Source: Candidatus Gottesmanbacteria bacterium (GTDB lineage: Bacteria; Patescibacteriota; Microgenomatia; 2-02-FULL-39-11). Taken from it: a stretch of DNA of 64,000 nt. The stretch is from assembly GCA_016186795.1 (NCBI GenBank), contig JACPKY010000002.1, positions 465,044 to 529,043 on the forward strand, given 5' to 3'. Positions 9,081 through 18,626 of this stretch are shown piece by piece; position 1 is the stretch's first letter; each line of letters opens with the position of its first letter. The notes beneath the pieces were generated by a model, which had not been told where the DNA came from, did not search any database, and saw only the letters and a program-made list of their open reading frames with translations. The position numbers and the translations under genes are program-made.

Positions 9081-10759
9081 ATTTGAATTGTACACGGATC
9101 TGGCCAATTTATAAACTTTGAAAGAACAAACGCTGTTGGTGATACGGAAGGAAGCGTCTTGAACCGAGCCAGTACCTGAAAGGGGAAATGAAATACTCCA
9201 AGAAATGGGAAACGAGTTGAAAATCCTACCAGTGTTTCAGGTTCTGCCATAACACCGAAAATAGTCTGGTCATGAAGTGTTGTGAACCGTAAACCTGCCT
9301 GAAATTGTTCCGGATTTCGAAGTTTTGCTTGAATATAAACTTTATAGAGGAATCTTACTACGGAATTTTTAAGACTCGGCCGTGGGATAAGACTTATACG
9401 CCGGTTATTCATTTTGATGTAATTAGTCCCCAGTTCAACTGTAACGGTGTCCCCCAGTTCCTCATAAAAAGAAAGGAATACTTTTTCCCCATCTCGTTTA
9501 ACGGTCACATCTTTCACGTTTTCCGAGAGCATGAAACGATTACCGCTATTTAATTCGTCAATACAGGCGGGAATAATTCGAGAAAGAGGAAACTTCCTAT
9601 CACCTCTTAGAAGATCAGGAAACGGCCTGTCAGTGTATTGTCGTAGATCACGTATATATACGCGATGATCATCCTTTAGAATTCCAATTCGATATACGGC
9701 AGTGGAAAACCACCACGCGCGCATTTTCCCATCCTGAAAATCTTCTCCTGTTATAAGAAAATTTTTTGTGGTATTTCCTTTTGCTACGTTATAGAAAGCG
9801 GCAAACTCAGACATGGTGACAAACTTTGGCGTATTGGTAAACATACCTCCCTTGATTATGGCAATTTGCTTTTTCAACTCTGGTAAATACGTTGTCCCCT
9901 CTTGTCCTACTTCAAGACCGATGGTCAGCTGGTGAATAAAATTTTCGCTATCTAAATAACTTCTTGCTAGATGAAAAAAATAAGATGAGCTTAGATTATG
10001 ATGCCCACGGTAATCATTCGCCTGAACACTGTATGTTGAATCAAAAACCTCTGACCCATAGCCATGAACAGGATCTCTCGCTGCCCATTGGGTAATCACA
10101 ATATTGTTAGAGTCAGATTCTTCCACTCCAGATGGAAGAAGAGAATTAAGAAATTTTGGGGTAAATGGTGTCCCCCATGGTTGTCCCCATATTCCATAGC
10201 CATCAGTTTTGAATTGATCACTTACAACCAATGCAGCTTTGACTGAATACTTTTCTTGCATATATGCAAGTGAAAATGCATCGATATACCAAGCGCCTAC
10301 TGCGGTTGGATTTTTCCCAAATACTTTTCGAAAAACAAAAAATGCCCTGTCAATGAGCCGCTTTCTATCTTCTATGCTGTACCCGGAAAGCAAAACTTTG
10401 TCTGCTCGGTAGTAGTCACCATCTCCAACAAGATATGGAACAAGGGCATCGGTTGCAAATTTTTCGCTTACCTCCATAAAGAGACCGACTTCCTGATTTG
10501 TAGGAAGAGTTTTCAACTTATAAACAATAGGCAGGTCAAGTAAATTTTCGTATTGTAGTAACCAAGTACTCGCAATTTGTTCCTGCTGAACCATCTCTAA
10601 AAATTCGTCGAGATTTTTTTGGTTTGAGATCTGTTCTTGCGAACGAAGTGGATGTACAAGAGTAATATACGAGGTGGAGGCCTGAGCAAGAGAAGGAAAA
10701 GAAAAACTGCTCAAAAGAACAAAAAAGATTATTACCCAAAAGCTGCGAAAACGGTTCAT
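9077..10759 (-). CDS. Secreted protein of unknown function (signal peptide), possibly carbohydrate-active (deacetylase or glycoside-hydrolase-like)
   Basis: Signal peptide MNRFRSFWVIIFFVLLSSFSFPSLAQA. It is soluble and sits between glycan genes. I recognise no confident family. Confidence 0.45.
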   Translation of the reverse strand: MNRFRSFWVIIFFVLLSSFSFPSLAQASTSYITLVHPLRSQEQISNQKNLDEFLEMVQQEQIASTWLLQYENLLDLPIVYKLKTLPTNQEVGLFMEVSEKFATDALVPYLVGDGDYYRADKVLLSGYSIEDRKRLIDRAFFVFRKVFGKNPTAVGAWYIDAFSLAYMQEKYSVKAALVVSDQFKTDGYGIWGQPWGTPFTPKFLNSLLPSGVEESDSNNIVITQWAARDPVHGYGSEVFDSTYSVQANDYRGHHNLSSSYFFHLARSYLDSENFIHQLTIGLEVGQEGTTYLPELKKQIAIIKGGMFTNTPKFVTMSEFAAFYNVAKGNTTKNFLITGEDFQDGKMRAWWFSTAVYRIGILKDDHRVYIRDLRQYTDRPFPDLLRGDRKFPLSRIIPACIDELNSGNRFMLSENVKDVTVKRDGEKVFLSFYEELGDTVTVELGTNYIKMNNRRISLIPRPSLKNSVVRFLYKVYIQAKLRNPEQFQAGLRFTTLHDQTIFGVMAEPETLVGFSTRFPFLGVFHFPFQVLARFKTLPSVSPTAFVLSKFINWPDPCTIQI

Positions 10760-10763
10760 CCTA

Positions 10764-12203
10764 TCAAGAAACTATGAGTCTCATATATGTTAGTAGATCT
10801 TGTCTATACCACTTGATGAGAAAAAGCCCATAAAGGATTGTAAATACTACCACAGAAAGTATGACTCCAAAAATATTGGAAAAACTTTGCTGTAGCAAAT
10901 ACGACCCGGTAAGAAGTAGCATTGATACAAAAAATGGCTTGTATACATGAGCAATAAAGGTGAAATGCACAATTTGTTTTGTAATGAAAATGGGAATAAA
11001 ACTTGTTACGGCAATAAGGAGAAATGCTACAGAAACACCGTTAAATCCAAATATCGGGACGAGTCCTGGAATAAGAGTCCAGGTAAGAACGGTCCAGAGA
11101 ACCATGAGTATAAGCGTAATCTTAATTTTTCCAAGTGCATTCATCGCATTTACAGAAGTGGTTGAAAATGCTGCAATGATGCTAACAATCGTAAATATAT
11201 AGAATGAAAATATGGCTGGCTCCCATTTCTGATACTTTGGGATGATGTATATCAAAGGATGAACGGTAAGGATAAGAAGCGAAGAAGCAGGAAATATTAC
11301 CAGAGAGAGTGCAAAAAAAGACTTCTCTAAGGCGCTTTTTAAAACAGCAGAATTCTCTCTAAGGCGAGAATAGGCTGGAAATGTTACTCTGATAATACTA
11401 TCCATGATAAGTCGAAGTGGTACTTCCGCCCATTTTTTGGCCCATCCTATATACCCAATCTCTGTAAATGGAAGTATTTTACCCAAAAATATGGTCATTA
11501 AATCGTCCTTCACAAGGGCCAAAATTGAGTTCGTTTGGAACGGAACACCAAACGTCAATAACTGTTTTATTGCGTTAATGTTTACTCCCAGTCTAATTTT
11601 CCATGGGGATACTATGTATATGGCAAGAAGACCGATGATTCCCCGAGTAAGTGCGGCCCAAGCAAAACTGTCAACCCCAAAGCCACGGTATGCCAACACT
11701 ATTGCAACAAGATAAAATCCGACCGTTTCCAATAACTGTGGAATAACAAGAAGGGAAAACTCTAATTTCCGTTCAAGCAGAACCGATGAAATAGTTTTCA
11801 AAGACGATAGAAAAAAAGCGATAATTAGTGCACGCAAAAGAAATACGCCACTTGAAGAAAGATTGTAAAAATTTGCAAAAAATGGCGCTAGGATAAACGC
11901 GGTGAGAACGAGTGATCCGACAAGTAATTGTTGAATTGTAAAAACTGTTGCTAATTCATCATCGCTTGGCTCTTCCTTCTTCTGAATAAGAGCTGCAGCA
12001 AAACCAATATCAGAAAAATATGCAAGGAAGGCTATAACTGCAGATACCACATAGTAGATTCCGAATATTTCTGGAGTAAGAAGAATTGTTAAAACGACTG
12101 TTGCAGAAAACGAAATGATTTGAAGAAGAAATGTCCGTGTTGTGAGAGCAAAAATGCCTCCTACGATTTTCCCCTTGATGGCAAAAATTTCACTTTCCTG
12201 CAT
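10764..12203 (-). CDS. Wzx-like polysaccharide/oligosaccharide flippase (MOP superfamily)
   Basis: 479 aa with 12-14 TM segments. N-terminal FAIKGKIVGGIFALTTRTFLLQIISFSATVVLTILLTPEIFGIYYVVSAVIAFLAYFSDIGFAAALIQ is a typical polysaccharide biosynthesis (PF01943/PF13440) signature. Confidence 0.75.
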   Translation of the reverse strand: MQESEIFAIKGKIVGGIFALTTRTFLLQIISFSATVVLTILLTPEIFGIYYVVSAVIAFLAYFSDIGFAAALIQKKEEPSDDELATVFTIQQLLVGSLVLTAFILAPFFANFYNLSSSGVFLLRALIIAFFLSSLKTISSVLLERKLEFSLLVIPQLLETVGFYLVAIVLAYRGFGVDSFAWAALTRGIIGLLAIYIVSPWKIRLGVNINAIKQLLTFGVPFQTNSILALVKDDLMTIFLGKILPFTEIGYIGWAKKWAEVPLRLIMDSIIRVTFPAYSRLRENSAVLKSALEKSFFALSLVIFPASSLLILTVHPLIYIIPKYQKWEPAIFSFYIFTIVSIIAAFSTTSVNAMNALGKIKITLILMVLWTVLTWTLIPGLVPIFGFNGVSVAFLLIAVTSFIPIFITKQIVHFTFIAHVYKPFFVSMLLLTGSYLLQQSFSNIFGVILSVVVFTILYGLFLIKWYRQDLLTYMRLIVS

Positions 12204-13297
12204 CTTCTTATTATACTATGAAGATCCTCAACTGTACCCAAAGCAAGCACAATAATAAGCGGGTAAACGGGCATGATAAATTTTTGCAACCCATTGGTGA
12301 GAAACGTCACGTATAGAAGGTAAAGTAAGCACAAACCATAGACAAAACCTTTTTTGCTTTGCCAAAAGGTCAACTGAAACTTAAATGACGCAAGTGCAAG
12401 AACAAATATAACTGGAAGAATTATATTCCAATGTGTATTTGCGACAAATACTCCACTTGGATCGAAATAAAAGCCTGTAAATATATTTCTCCAAATGTTT
12501 CCAAAATATATTGTTGTACCAGTAAACCAGGAAAGCATCCAAATCTTATGCTTCATAAATTCAAAAAATGAAGGGTGATAGAAGAAAAATGCAATGTGGG
12601 TTAAAAGATAAATACCAGGAATAAAGACTGCAGACTGGTAAAATATTTTCTTCTGTATCGATTTATTGAAATACAACCAAAAAAGAATGTAACAGTAGAT
12701 AGGTACAAATGAAGGGAAAAAACGTATAGAAAATGCAACTCCCCATGCAATGTTTGATACCAGAAACCAACTCCTATTTTCTTGTCCTTTCAAAACTGTT
12801 ACAACAGCAAGCACAAAAAATAGGGCAAAAGGAAGATCAAGAAGGGAGTAAAAAAGTTGATTCGTAAAAAGTGAGTCAAAGGAAAGTATTGCTGGGGCAA
12901 AAGATGCCAAAATTCTATTCTTAAGCAAAATAACTCCTAATTCGTACGTAACGATCAAAAGGCCCCCAAAATAAAAAATATTAATGACTCGTTCGTTTTC
13001 AAAAAGTGCAATTGATACACCAATGAGGTATTTCCCGAGAGGCGGATGCTCAAAATTGACACTGGAGATATCACCTTTTTTAAGCAAGTAATAATATCCA
13101 GCATACGCGTAAAGCCCATCATCTCCGATTCCTCTTCTTGAGAGAGGTCCTAAAATGTACTGTGACTCAGAATATATTTTGCCGTAATACGCATAATCAA
13201 AGGTTCTCAAAAATGTTGATCTTCCAAAATAGATCAAAAGTACTATCCAAAATATACTTCCCAATAAAATTGCTGTTGCTTTCGAGAATGGATTCAT
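12161..13297 (-). CDS. GT39/PMT-like membrane glycosyltransferase (protein O-mannosyltransferase-like)
   Basis: Contains the HPPLGK motif (FEHPPLGKYLIGVSIALF) after an extracytoplasmic Asp loop (GDDGLYAYAGYYY), with multiple TM segments. Start trimmed to MNPFSKATAILLG (ATG 13295-13297), overlapping the upstream TGA; the ORF track runs to 13381. Confidence 0.6.
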   Translation of the reverse strand: MNPFSKATAILLGSIFWIVLLIYFGRSTFLRTFDYAYYGKIYSESQYILGPLSRRGIGDDGLYAYAGYYYLLKKGDISSVNFEHPPLGKYLIGVSIALFENERVINIFYFGGLLIVTYELGVILLKNRILASFAPAILSFDSLFTNQLFYSLLDLPFALFFVLAVVTVLKGQENRSWFLVSNIAWGVAFSIRFFPSFVPIYCYILFWLYFNKSIQKKIFYQSAVFIPGIYLLTHIAFFFYHPSFFEFMKHKIWMLSWFTGTTIYFGNIWRNIFTGFYFDPSGVFVANTHWNIILPVIFVLALASFKFQLTFWQSKKGFVYGLCLLYLLYVTFLTNGLQKFIMPVYPLIIVLALGTVEDLHSIIRRCRKVKFLPSRGKS

Positions 13298-13953
13298 TTC
13301 TGAGCGCAAAGGAAGAATTGTTTTCCAAAAATGTACTGAAACGGTCGCACGGCAAGATAAATCTTTAAAATAATCGGCCATAAAGGAAGGTATTTCACTT
13401 TCGTACTATATGGCAGAAATGGGTGTCGTAGATACGTAATCTGAAATTGATTTGCGTTAAGTGCTTCCGTTAAACTTGCGCACGTTAATGGTACTTTGTG
13501 GTCAAAAAAATCCCAATACGCATGACCAATAAGTCCAATATCAGGTTGCATAATAAGAAGACGCCCGCCATGTCTTAATACGAGATATTATTCATGTAAT
13601 AACCGGAAAACTTCTTCTTTTGATTCCAGATGTTCCAGAAGATTACTCATGAAAATCACATCCGCACTCCCCTGCCGCAGAGATTCTTTGATATGCTTTA
13701 TTGACGATATAATAACGCGGACATCCGAATCTGCAAACGTCTTTGTATCGGGATTAATATCGATGACGATTTTTTTCCGGCAGGAAATATTATTGATAAA
13801 TTCGCACTGTCCAGCTCCTACATCAACAACAGTATCTGACGCATTGATAAATTGCTGCAGAAAATCTTGACAAAGTCTCTTCCAGAGCTTTTGTTTTTTT
13901 ACCCGCTCCAAAGCGCTAAAGCGAGTATCATAGAGTTTTTTTATATCAATCAT
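13294..13953 (-). pseudogene. Class I SAM-dependent methyltransferase interrupted by a single in-frame TAA (13588-13590); the two listed ORFs 13588..13953 and 13294..13551 are halves of one gene
   Basis: The N-terminal half carries motif I (VVDVGAGQCEFI) and post-I (ADVIFMSNLLEHL). Reading through the TAA in the same frame gives ...RLLHE*YLVLRHGGRLLIMQPD..., restoring the conserved L(K/R)PGGRLLI motif. Both halves are in the same frame, 12 codons apart. Confidence 0.6.
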
Positions 13954-13970
13954 ATGGTTTTACTGCTATA

Positions 13971-15341
13971 TCAATCTTGTATTCTTTTGTCATATAATAC
14001 ATATATAGTTTCTATACGTCTATTATCAAAAACAACTTGGAAAGCATCCTGATCGTTTAAGGCTAAACGATTTTCGGAAGAGTCGGGAATAAAAATGACA
14101 TCAGGTGGCTTCCTTTCATATCTTTCTTTGGCATGAGTGATAAATTCTCTTGAAATATCTGCCCTCCTTGGAGCCCAGTGAATCTTCGTGTTAAATTCAA
14201 TCGTGGTAGCAGCTTGTAAAATCCATAGAAACGCGATGATGCTAATAAAGAGATTTTTAGTAGATTTTCTTTTTACGGTACTCTCAATTATCGAGATAAT
14301 ACCCAAAATCCAAAATATCTGACTTATGGTAAGGTAATATGGAAATTTATGCTGAGTAAAAAAAAGAACAGGTGAAAGACTAATGACATATCCTAATAAA
14401 CAAAAAATGAACAGTCTCAATTTTTGCTTCTTACGATTAAATATACCGAGAATAAATGGTAAAAGAAACAGAAGTATCATAAATGCTATAAAGCACACCA
14501 TTGTGACTGACACTACGAAAGGATATGCATCTAATTGGTAATTAAATGCAAATAAATGAACCATTTGTTCGGTAAGAACCTCTGACCAGTTAAAACTCCA
14601 AAGGAGGTACGTTTTAAGATTAGAAAATAGATGGAATCCGGCCCTAATGGAATAGTTTCCATGAGCTGGAATTGGAAAAAATATAAATCGAGCTGAAAAC
14701 CACACGAAACCGATTGCTCCATATGGTATTATCCATGTTACAAACTTCTTCCCTTTATAAAAAATTAAAAAAATAAATAAAACAACAGGTAGCGTAATAA
14801 TCATTTCATTTGTTAATAAACCGAGAATAAACAAGCCTAAACTTAGCCAATAACATCTTCTATTTCCCCGAGTAAATCTTATAAATAATATAAAAGCTAA
14901 AAGATAAAATGTAGTACCGAGAACGAATGAATACGTTGCCATCCAGTAGAATAGAATAAAGTGAAGAGTAGAGGTAGAGTAAAAAAATGATCCAATTGCA
15001 GATAAGAGTTTGCTTTTAATAAATTGATTTAATACCACATACACCAGAAAAACGTTTAAAAGAAAAGTGAAAAACATTACCACATGAAACCAAAGAGAAT
15101 CTTGCCTAAATAGGATCCTGTTTATAAAAAATGGCATCTGCATACCTAGTGGTCGATAATAAATTACATCTTTTCGAGGAATAAAAAAACTCCATATCTC
15201 TTGGAGAGTCTCTACCTTACTTATCTTTATGGTGAACCAATCATCTTGGAAAAAATATGCAGTGAATGACGATCGAAAGAGGTAAAAAGACGTTAAAATA
15301 GAGAAGAGTAGAAATACTATTTTGGGAATATTTCTACTCAT
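13971..15341 (-). CDS. Polytopic membrane protein, probable GT-C glycosyltransferase
   Basis: About 12 TM helices with an early extracytoplasmic acidic loop (YFFQDDWFTI). Start trimmed to MSRNIPKIVFLLF; the ORF track runs to 15383. Confidence 0.45.
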   Translation of the reverse strand: MSRNIPKIVFLLFSILTSFYLFRSSFTAYFFQDDWFTIKISKVETLQEIWSFFIPRKDVIYYRPLGMQMPFFINRILFRQDSLWFHVVMFFTFLLNVFLVYVVLNQFIKSKLLSAIGSFFYSTSTLHFILFYWMATYSFVLGTTFYLLAFILFIRFTRGNRRCYWLSLGLFILGLLTNEMIITLPVVLFIFLIFYKGKKFVTWIIPYGAIGFVWFSARFIFFPIPAHGNYSIRAGFHLFSNLKTYLLWSFNWSEVLTEQMVHLFAFNYQLDAYPFVVSVTMVCFIAFMILLFLLPFILGIFNRKKQKLRLFIFCLLGYVISLSPVLFFTQHKFPYYLTISQIFWILGIISIIESTVKRKSTKNLFISIIAFLWILQAATTIEFNTKIHWAPRRADISREFITHAKERYERKPPDVIFIPDSSENRLALNDQDAFQVVFDNRRIETIYVLYDKRIQD

Positions 15342-15741
15342 GAGCGTTCCTCGAAGTTTTTTCAACAATAATTGTCTTCCCATTCTCTCCTAGTGATATA
15401 CCAATAACGATATATTCAATCGTATCATCTGTCACGTTTTCCATTGTATGAACAGCTCCTATTGGAACAATTACAACGTCTCCTTTTCTCATTATTTCTT
15501 CTTCACCGTCTACGATTATCTTTGCCCGACCAGATATAAGCAGAAACAACTCCTCCATGTCTTCATGGTAATGGGAAGCAAATTTTCTTTTGGGCAAAAG
15601 CCGCGCCCAATTAACCATCTGGATTCTCCCGTCAATAAGATCCTGATAAGAAAGTAGTATTTTCCTGAGGTTTGCTGGATCTTTTTTGTCCTCATGACTT
15701 GCCGGAACAAAGGGAATAGCATCAAATGATACCTTTTTCAT
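15334..15741 (-). CDS. Cupin domain protein
   Basis: Cupin_2 motifs ASHYHEDMEELFLLISGRAKIIVDGEEEIMRKGDVVIVPIGAVHTMEN. Confidence 0.7.
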   Translation of the reverse strand: MKKVSFDAIPFVPASHEDKKDPANLRKILLSYQDLIDGRIQMVNWARLLPKRKFASHYHEDMEELFLLISGRAKIIVDGEEEIMRKGDVVIVPIGAVHTMENVTDDTIEYIVIGISLGENGKTIIVEKTSRNAHE

Positions 15742-15748
15742 ATCATCC

Positions 15749-16474
15749 TTAAGATTTCTTATCTGAAGAAAAAAGAAGTGATACGTAGAGACGTAAATAA
15801 CTCTTTGTCATCTGAAATAGTCGAAAATTTGATACCCCCTCGACACGATTTGTATACGTTGTTGGAACTTCACTAAGCCGAAATCCAACCCGGTGTGCCC
15901 GAATTGCAAACTCTGGCGATATACTAAATCCGGATGAGGTAAGTGCTATTTCATCAAAAACTTCTTTTCTAAAAGCACGAAATGCATTCGTAATATCATG
16001 AACCTTTATCTGAAAAATAATCTTTGCGAGTTTTGTGCCCCAAGAACTCAAAAATGCTTTCACTAGATCGAGATTTCCTTTTGATCCACCTAGCATATAT
16101 CGCGAACCAAAAACCATATCATACCCTCTCTTGATCTCATCAACTAATGCTCCAAAGGTTTTCGGATCATCTGCTAAATCTCCCATCGTCCATATGATAA
16201 TATCCCCAGATGCCTTCCTTGTCCCTTCAACGAGAGCTTTTCCCATCGTATTTCCTTTTGAAGATGGATCGTCTTTGCGAAAGAGCGGTTTTACCTGGGC
16301 GAACCGTTTCTGAAGTGATTTTAGAATTTTACCTGTTGAGTCACTACTTCTATCATCAACCGGAATTACCTCAAATTTCCAACCTTCTTTTTTACAATAC
16401 GCAATAATTCTCTCGACTGCTAATTTCGCGTTCTTTTCTTCGTTATGAAGAGGGATAACAAAGGAAATTTTCAT
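15749..16474 (-). CDS. GT2 polyprenol-phosphate sugar synthase (DPM1/GtrB-like)
   Basis: KISFVIPLHNEEKN...VIPVDDRSSDSTGKIL...; short soluble GT2 of the dolichyl-phosphate mannose/glucose synthase type. Confidence 0.65.
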   Translation of the reverse strand: MKISFVIPLHNEEKNAKLAVERIIAYCKKEGWKFEVIPVDDRSSDSTGKILKSLQKRFAQVKPLFRKDDPSSKGNTMGKALVEGTRKASGDIIIWTMGDLADDPKTFGALVDEIKRGYDMVFGSRYMLGGSKGNLDLVKAFLSSWGTKLAKIIFQIKVHDITNAFRAFRKEVFDEIALTSSGFSISPEFAIRAHRVGFRLSEVPTTYTNRVEGVSNFRLFQMTKSYLRLYVSLLFSSDKKS

Positions 16475-17595
16475 CGAAGTCCCCTCTTCTCCAACTGATG
16501 CAAGGCATACTCCATGTGGTCAACAGCAACTTCTCCTTTCCCCCAATCGATAACATCACGAAGTCCTTCTCGGAACGAAATTTGTGGGTTCCAGCCGATA
16601 TCAGTTGAAATCCGAGAAATATCTGCAAAACAATGTCGGACATCAAGTTTCCGTACTTTATTCGTAATATCCAAAGGTTGGTTACTTCCGAGTAATTGTA
16701 CAATTGTTTGTGCGACTTCGCTGATTGTAATTGGGTTACCAGTCCCAACATTATAGACTTTGTAGTTTGCCCGACTATTTTCCAATGCGGAAATATTTGC
16801 CCTTGTGACATCACTCACATGTACAAAATCTCTCGTTTGTAAACCGTCCTCATTGATTACTGGCTTTTTCCCGTTTTTAATTCGGCTGATAAAAATTGCG
16901 GCAACCCCGTTATAGGGATTTGAAAGGCTTTGTCGTTGCCCGTATACATTGAAGTATCTTAAAGCAACGGCAGGTATTGAATACGCAAGTCCGATATTTA
17001 GAACCATCTCTTCTTGATTCTTTTTCCCTATTGCATAGATGGAGTTTGAGTGTTGCTTTGCATCCTCGCGGGTTGGGATAGCTTTGACATAGGCCTTACA
17101 GTTTGGGCAATGAACCTCCCAATCGCGAATTTTTAGCTGTGACTCTGGACGAAGTAATGGACGAACACGGCCACACTTTTTGCATTCGTATTCGCCTTCC
17201 CCATATGAACTCATCGATGCTGCTACAATTATTTTTTTCACTGTATGCTTGGTATTGGCAAGATAATCCAAAAGTAACGCTGTTCCGAAACTATTTACTT
17301 TTACATAGCGTTCAACTTCATACATGCTTTGTCCAACACCAACGGCTGCAGCAAAATGATATACAGCATCAACTCCGAATAGAGCCTTTTTCCAATCTGA
17401 CTTTCTTGTCACATCACCTTTCATAAATTCAGCTTTCTTGTTAAAGTAAGAAGGAAGTTTTTTTGTTGGATGAATTTGCGGATCGAGGTTATCCAATACT
17501 CGGACACGATAACCACGATTGACGAGTCCATCAACCAAATGGGATCCGATGAAACCTGCTCCGCCTGTCACTAAAATAGTGCGTAAACTTCGCAT
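16471..17595 (-). CDS. NAD-dependent epimerase/dehydratase (UDP-sugar 4-epimerase-like) with an inserted Cys4 zinc ribbon
   Basis: Rossmann TGGAGFIGSHL, catalytic YAIGK-type motif, and a 40-aa insert YECKKCGRVRPLLRPESQLKIRDWEVHCPNCKAYV (CxxC...CxxC). Confidence 0.8.
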   Translation of the reverse strand: MRSLRTILVTGGAGFIGSHLVDGLVNRGYRVRVLDNLDPQIHPTKKLPSYFNKKAEFMKGDVTRKSDWKKALFGVDAVYHFAAAVGVGQSMYEVERYVKVNSFGTALLLDYLANTKHTVKKIIVAASMSSYGEGEYECKKCGRVRPLLRPESQLKIRDWEVHCPNCKAYVKAIPTREDAKQHSNSIYAIGKKNQEEMVLNIGLAYSIPAVALRYFNVYGQRQSLSNPYNGVAAIFISRIKNGKKPVINEDGLQTRDFVHVSDVTRANISALENSRANYKVYNVGTGNPITISEVAQTIVQLLGSNQPLDITNKVRKLDVRHCFADISRISTDIGWNPQISFREGLRDVIDWGKGEVAVDHMEYALHQLEKRGLR

Positions 17596-17597
17596 TG

Positions 17598-18626
17598 TTA
17601 GATATGAGAAAAAAGATTCTTATTATCCTGTATCCAGTTGTAAAGCATTGCAACTCCTTTTTGCACTGAAATCTGAGGCGACCATCCAAGCATCTTTTCC
17701 ACCTTACTGATATTACTGACATATACCTTCTGATCTCCTGGACGCCAATCGGCCCATTTAACTTCAATTGATCTATCAAATAATTTTTCAAGAAGAGGAC
17801 CGAACTCTGTCCAGACCGCAAGAGTGTTCTTGTATCCTCCCCCAACATTTACTATCTCGCCTTTCACTTTCTCGATGTTGTCAACTGCTAATTCAAATAA
17901 ACGGACAAGATCGTCAATGTAAAGAACATCTCGTACTTGTTTCCCATCACCGTAGACGGTAATTTGCTTACCCATTGTGAGAGCAATAATAAACCATGCA
18001 ATCCAACCTTGATCTTCGACACCAAATTGTCTCGGCCCATAAATGCATGATTGACGAAAAACAACTGTCGGTATATTGTATATCCGAAAATAATCTCGCA
18101 TGTACTGATCAGCTGCACCTTTTGAACACCCATAGGGAGAATGAAAATCAAGACACATTGTTTCTGAAATACCTTGGGGGTAGTCACGGTATTGATACCG
18201 CGTTTTCGTTTCTTGAATACGAATATCCTCCATCCCTCCGTAGACTTTGTTGGTTGAGGCAAAAATTATAATCGGTTTCTTGGATAGAAGTCTTACCTCT
18301 TCTAATAGGTTAAATGTACCTCGGGCATTAATTTCAAAATCTGTTTCGGGATCTGTTACTGACGTTGTAACAGCCACTTGGGCTGCGAGATGAAAAATAA
18401 TATCTTTTCCTTTCACAGCTTTTGATACGTCATTTTTATCCCGAATATCGGCCTCAATCACATTTATCTTTGGATCGCTTTCCTTCAACCAGGCGAGATT
18501 TGCCCTCGTTCCTAAACGCTTGAAATTATCAAAAATTGTTACTTCGGCACCTTTTTTTAAGAAGTAGTAGGTAAGATTGGACCCGATAAAACCTGCTCCT
18601 CCTGTGATCAATATGCTTTTCTTCAT
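17598..18626 (-). CDS. NAD-dependent epimerase/dehydratase (CDP-paratose 2-epimerase-like)
   Basis: ILITGGAGFIGSNL...YGCSKGAADQY...; resembles RfbE/CDP-tyvelose epimerase. Start set at MKKSIL (ATG 18624-18626), which overlaps the upstream TGA stop as ATGA; the ORF track begins at 18647. Confidence 0.8.
   Translation of the reverse strand: MKKSILITGGAGFIGSNLTYYFLKKGAEVTIFDNFKRLGTRANLAWLKESDPKINVIEADIRDKNDVSKAVKGKDIIFHLAAQVAVTTSVTDPETDFEINARGTFNLLEEVRLLSKKPIIIFASTNKVYGGMEDIRIQETKTRYQYRDYPQGISETMCLDFHSPYGCSKGAADQYMRDYFRIYNIPTVVFRQSCIYGPRQFGVEDQGWIAWFIIALTMGKQITVYGDGKQVRDVLYIDDLVRLFELAVDNIEKVKGEIVNVGGGYKNTLAVWTEFGPLLEKLFDRSIEVKWADWRPGDQKVYVSNISKVEKMLGWSPQISVQKGVAMLYNWIQDNKNLFSHI

Noticed and set aside
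13588-13590. Hypothesis that the in-frame stop in the methyltransferase reflects an alternative genetic code
   Set aside because: The interrupting codon is TAA, not TGA. RF2 is encoded, and TGA repeatedly serves as a stop overlapping the next ATG. Standard code 11 applies, so pseudogene, assembly error or programmed readthrough are the remaining options.
16443-16814. 123-aa ORF overlapping the 3' end of the zinc-ribbon epimerase gene and the 5' end of the GT2 gene
   Set aside because: Entirely contained within two confidently assigned genes in another frame; no independent support.
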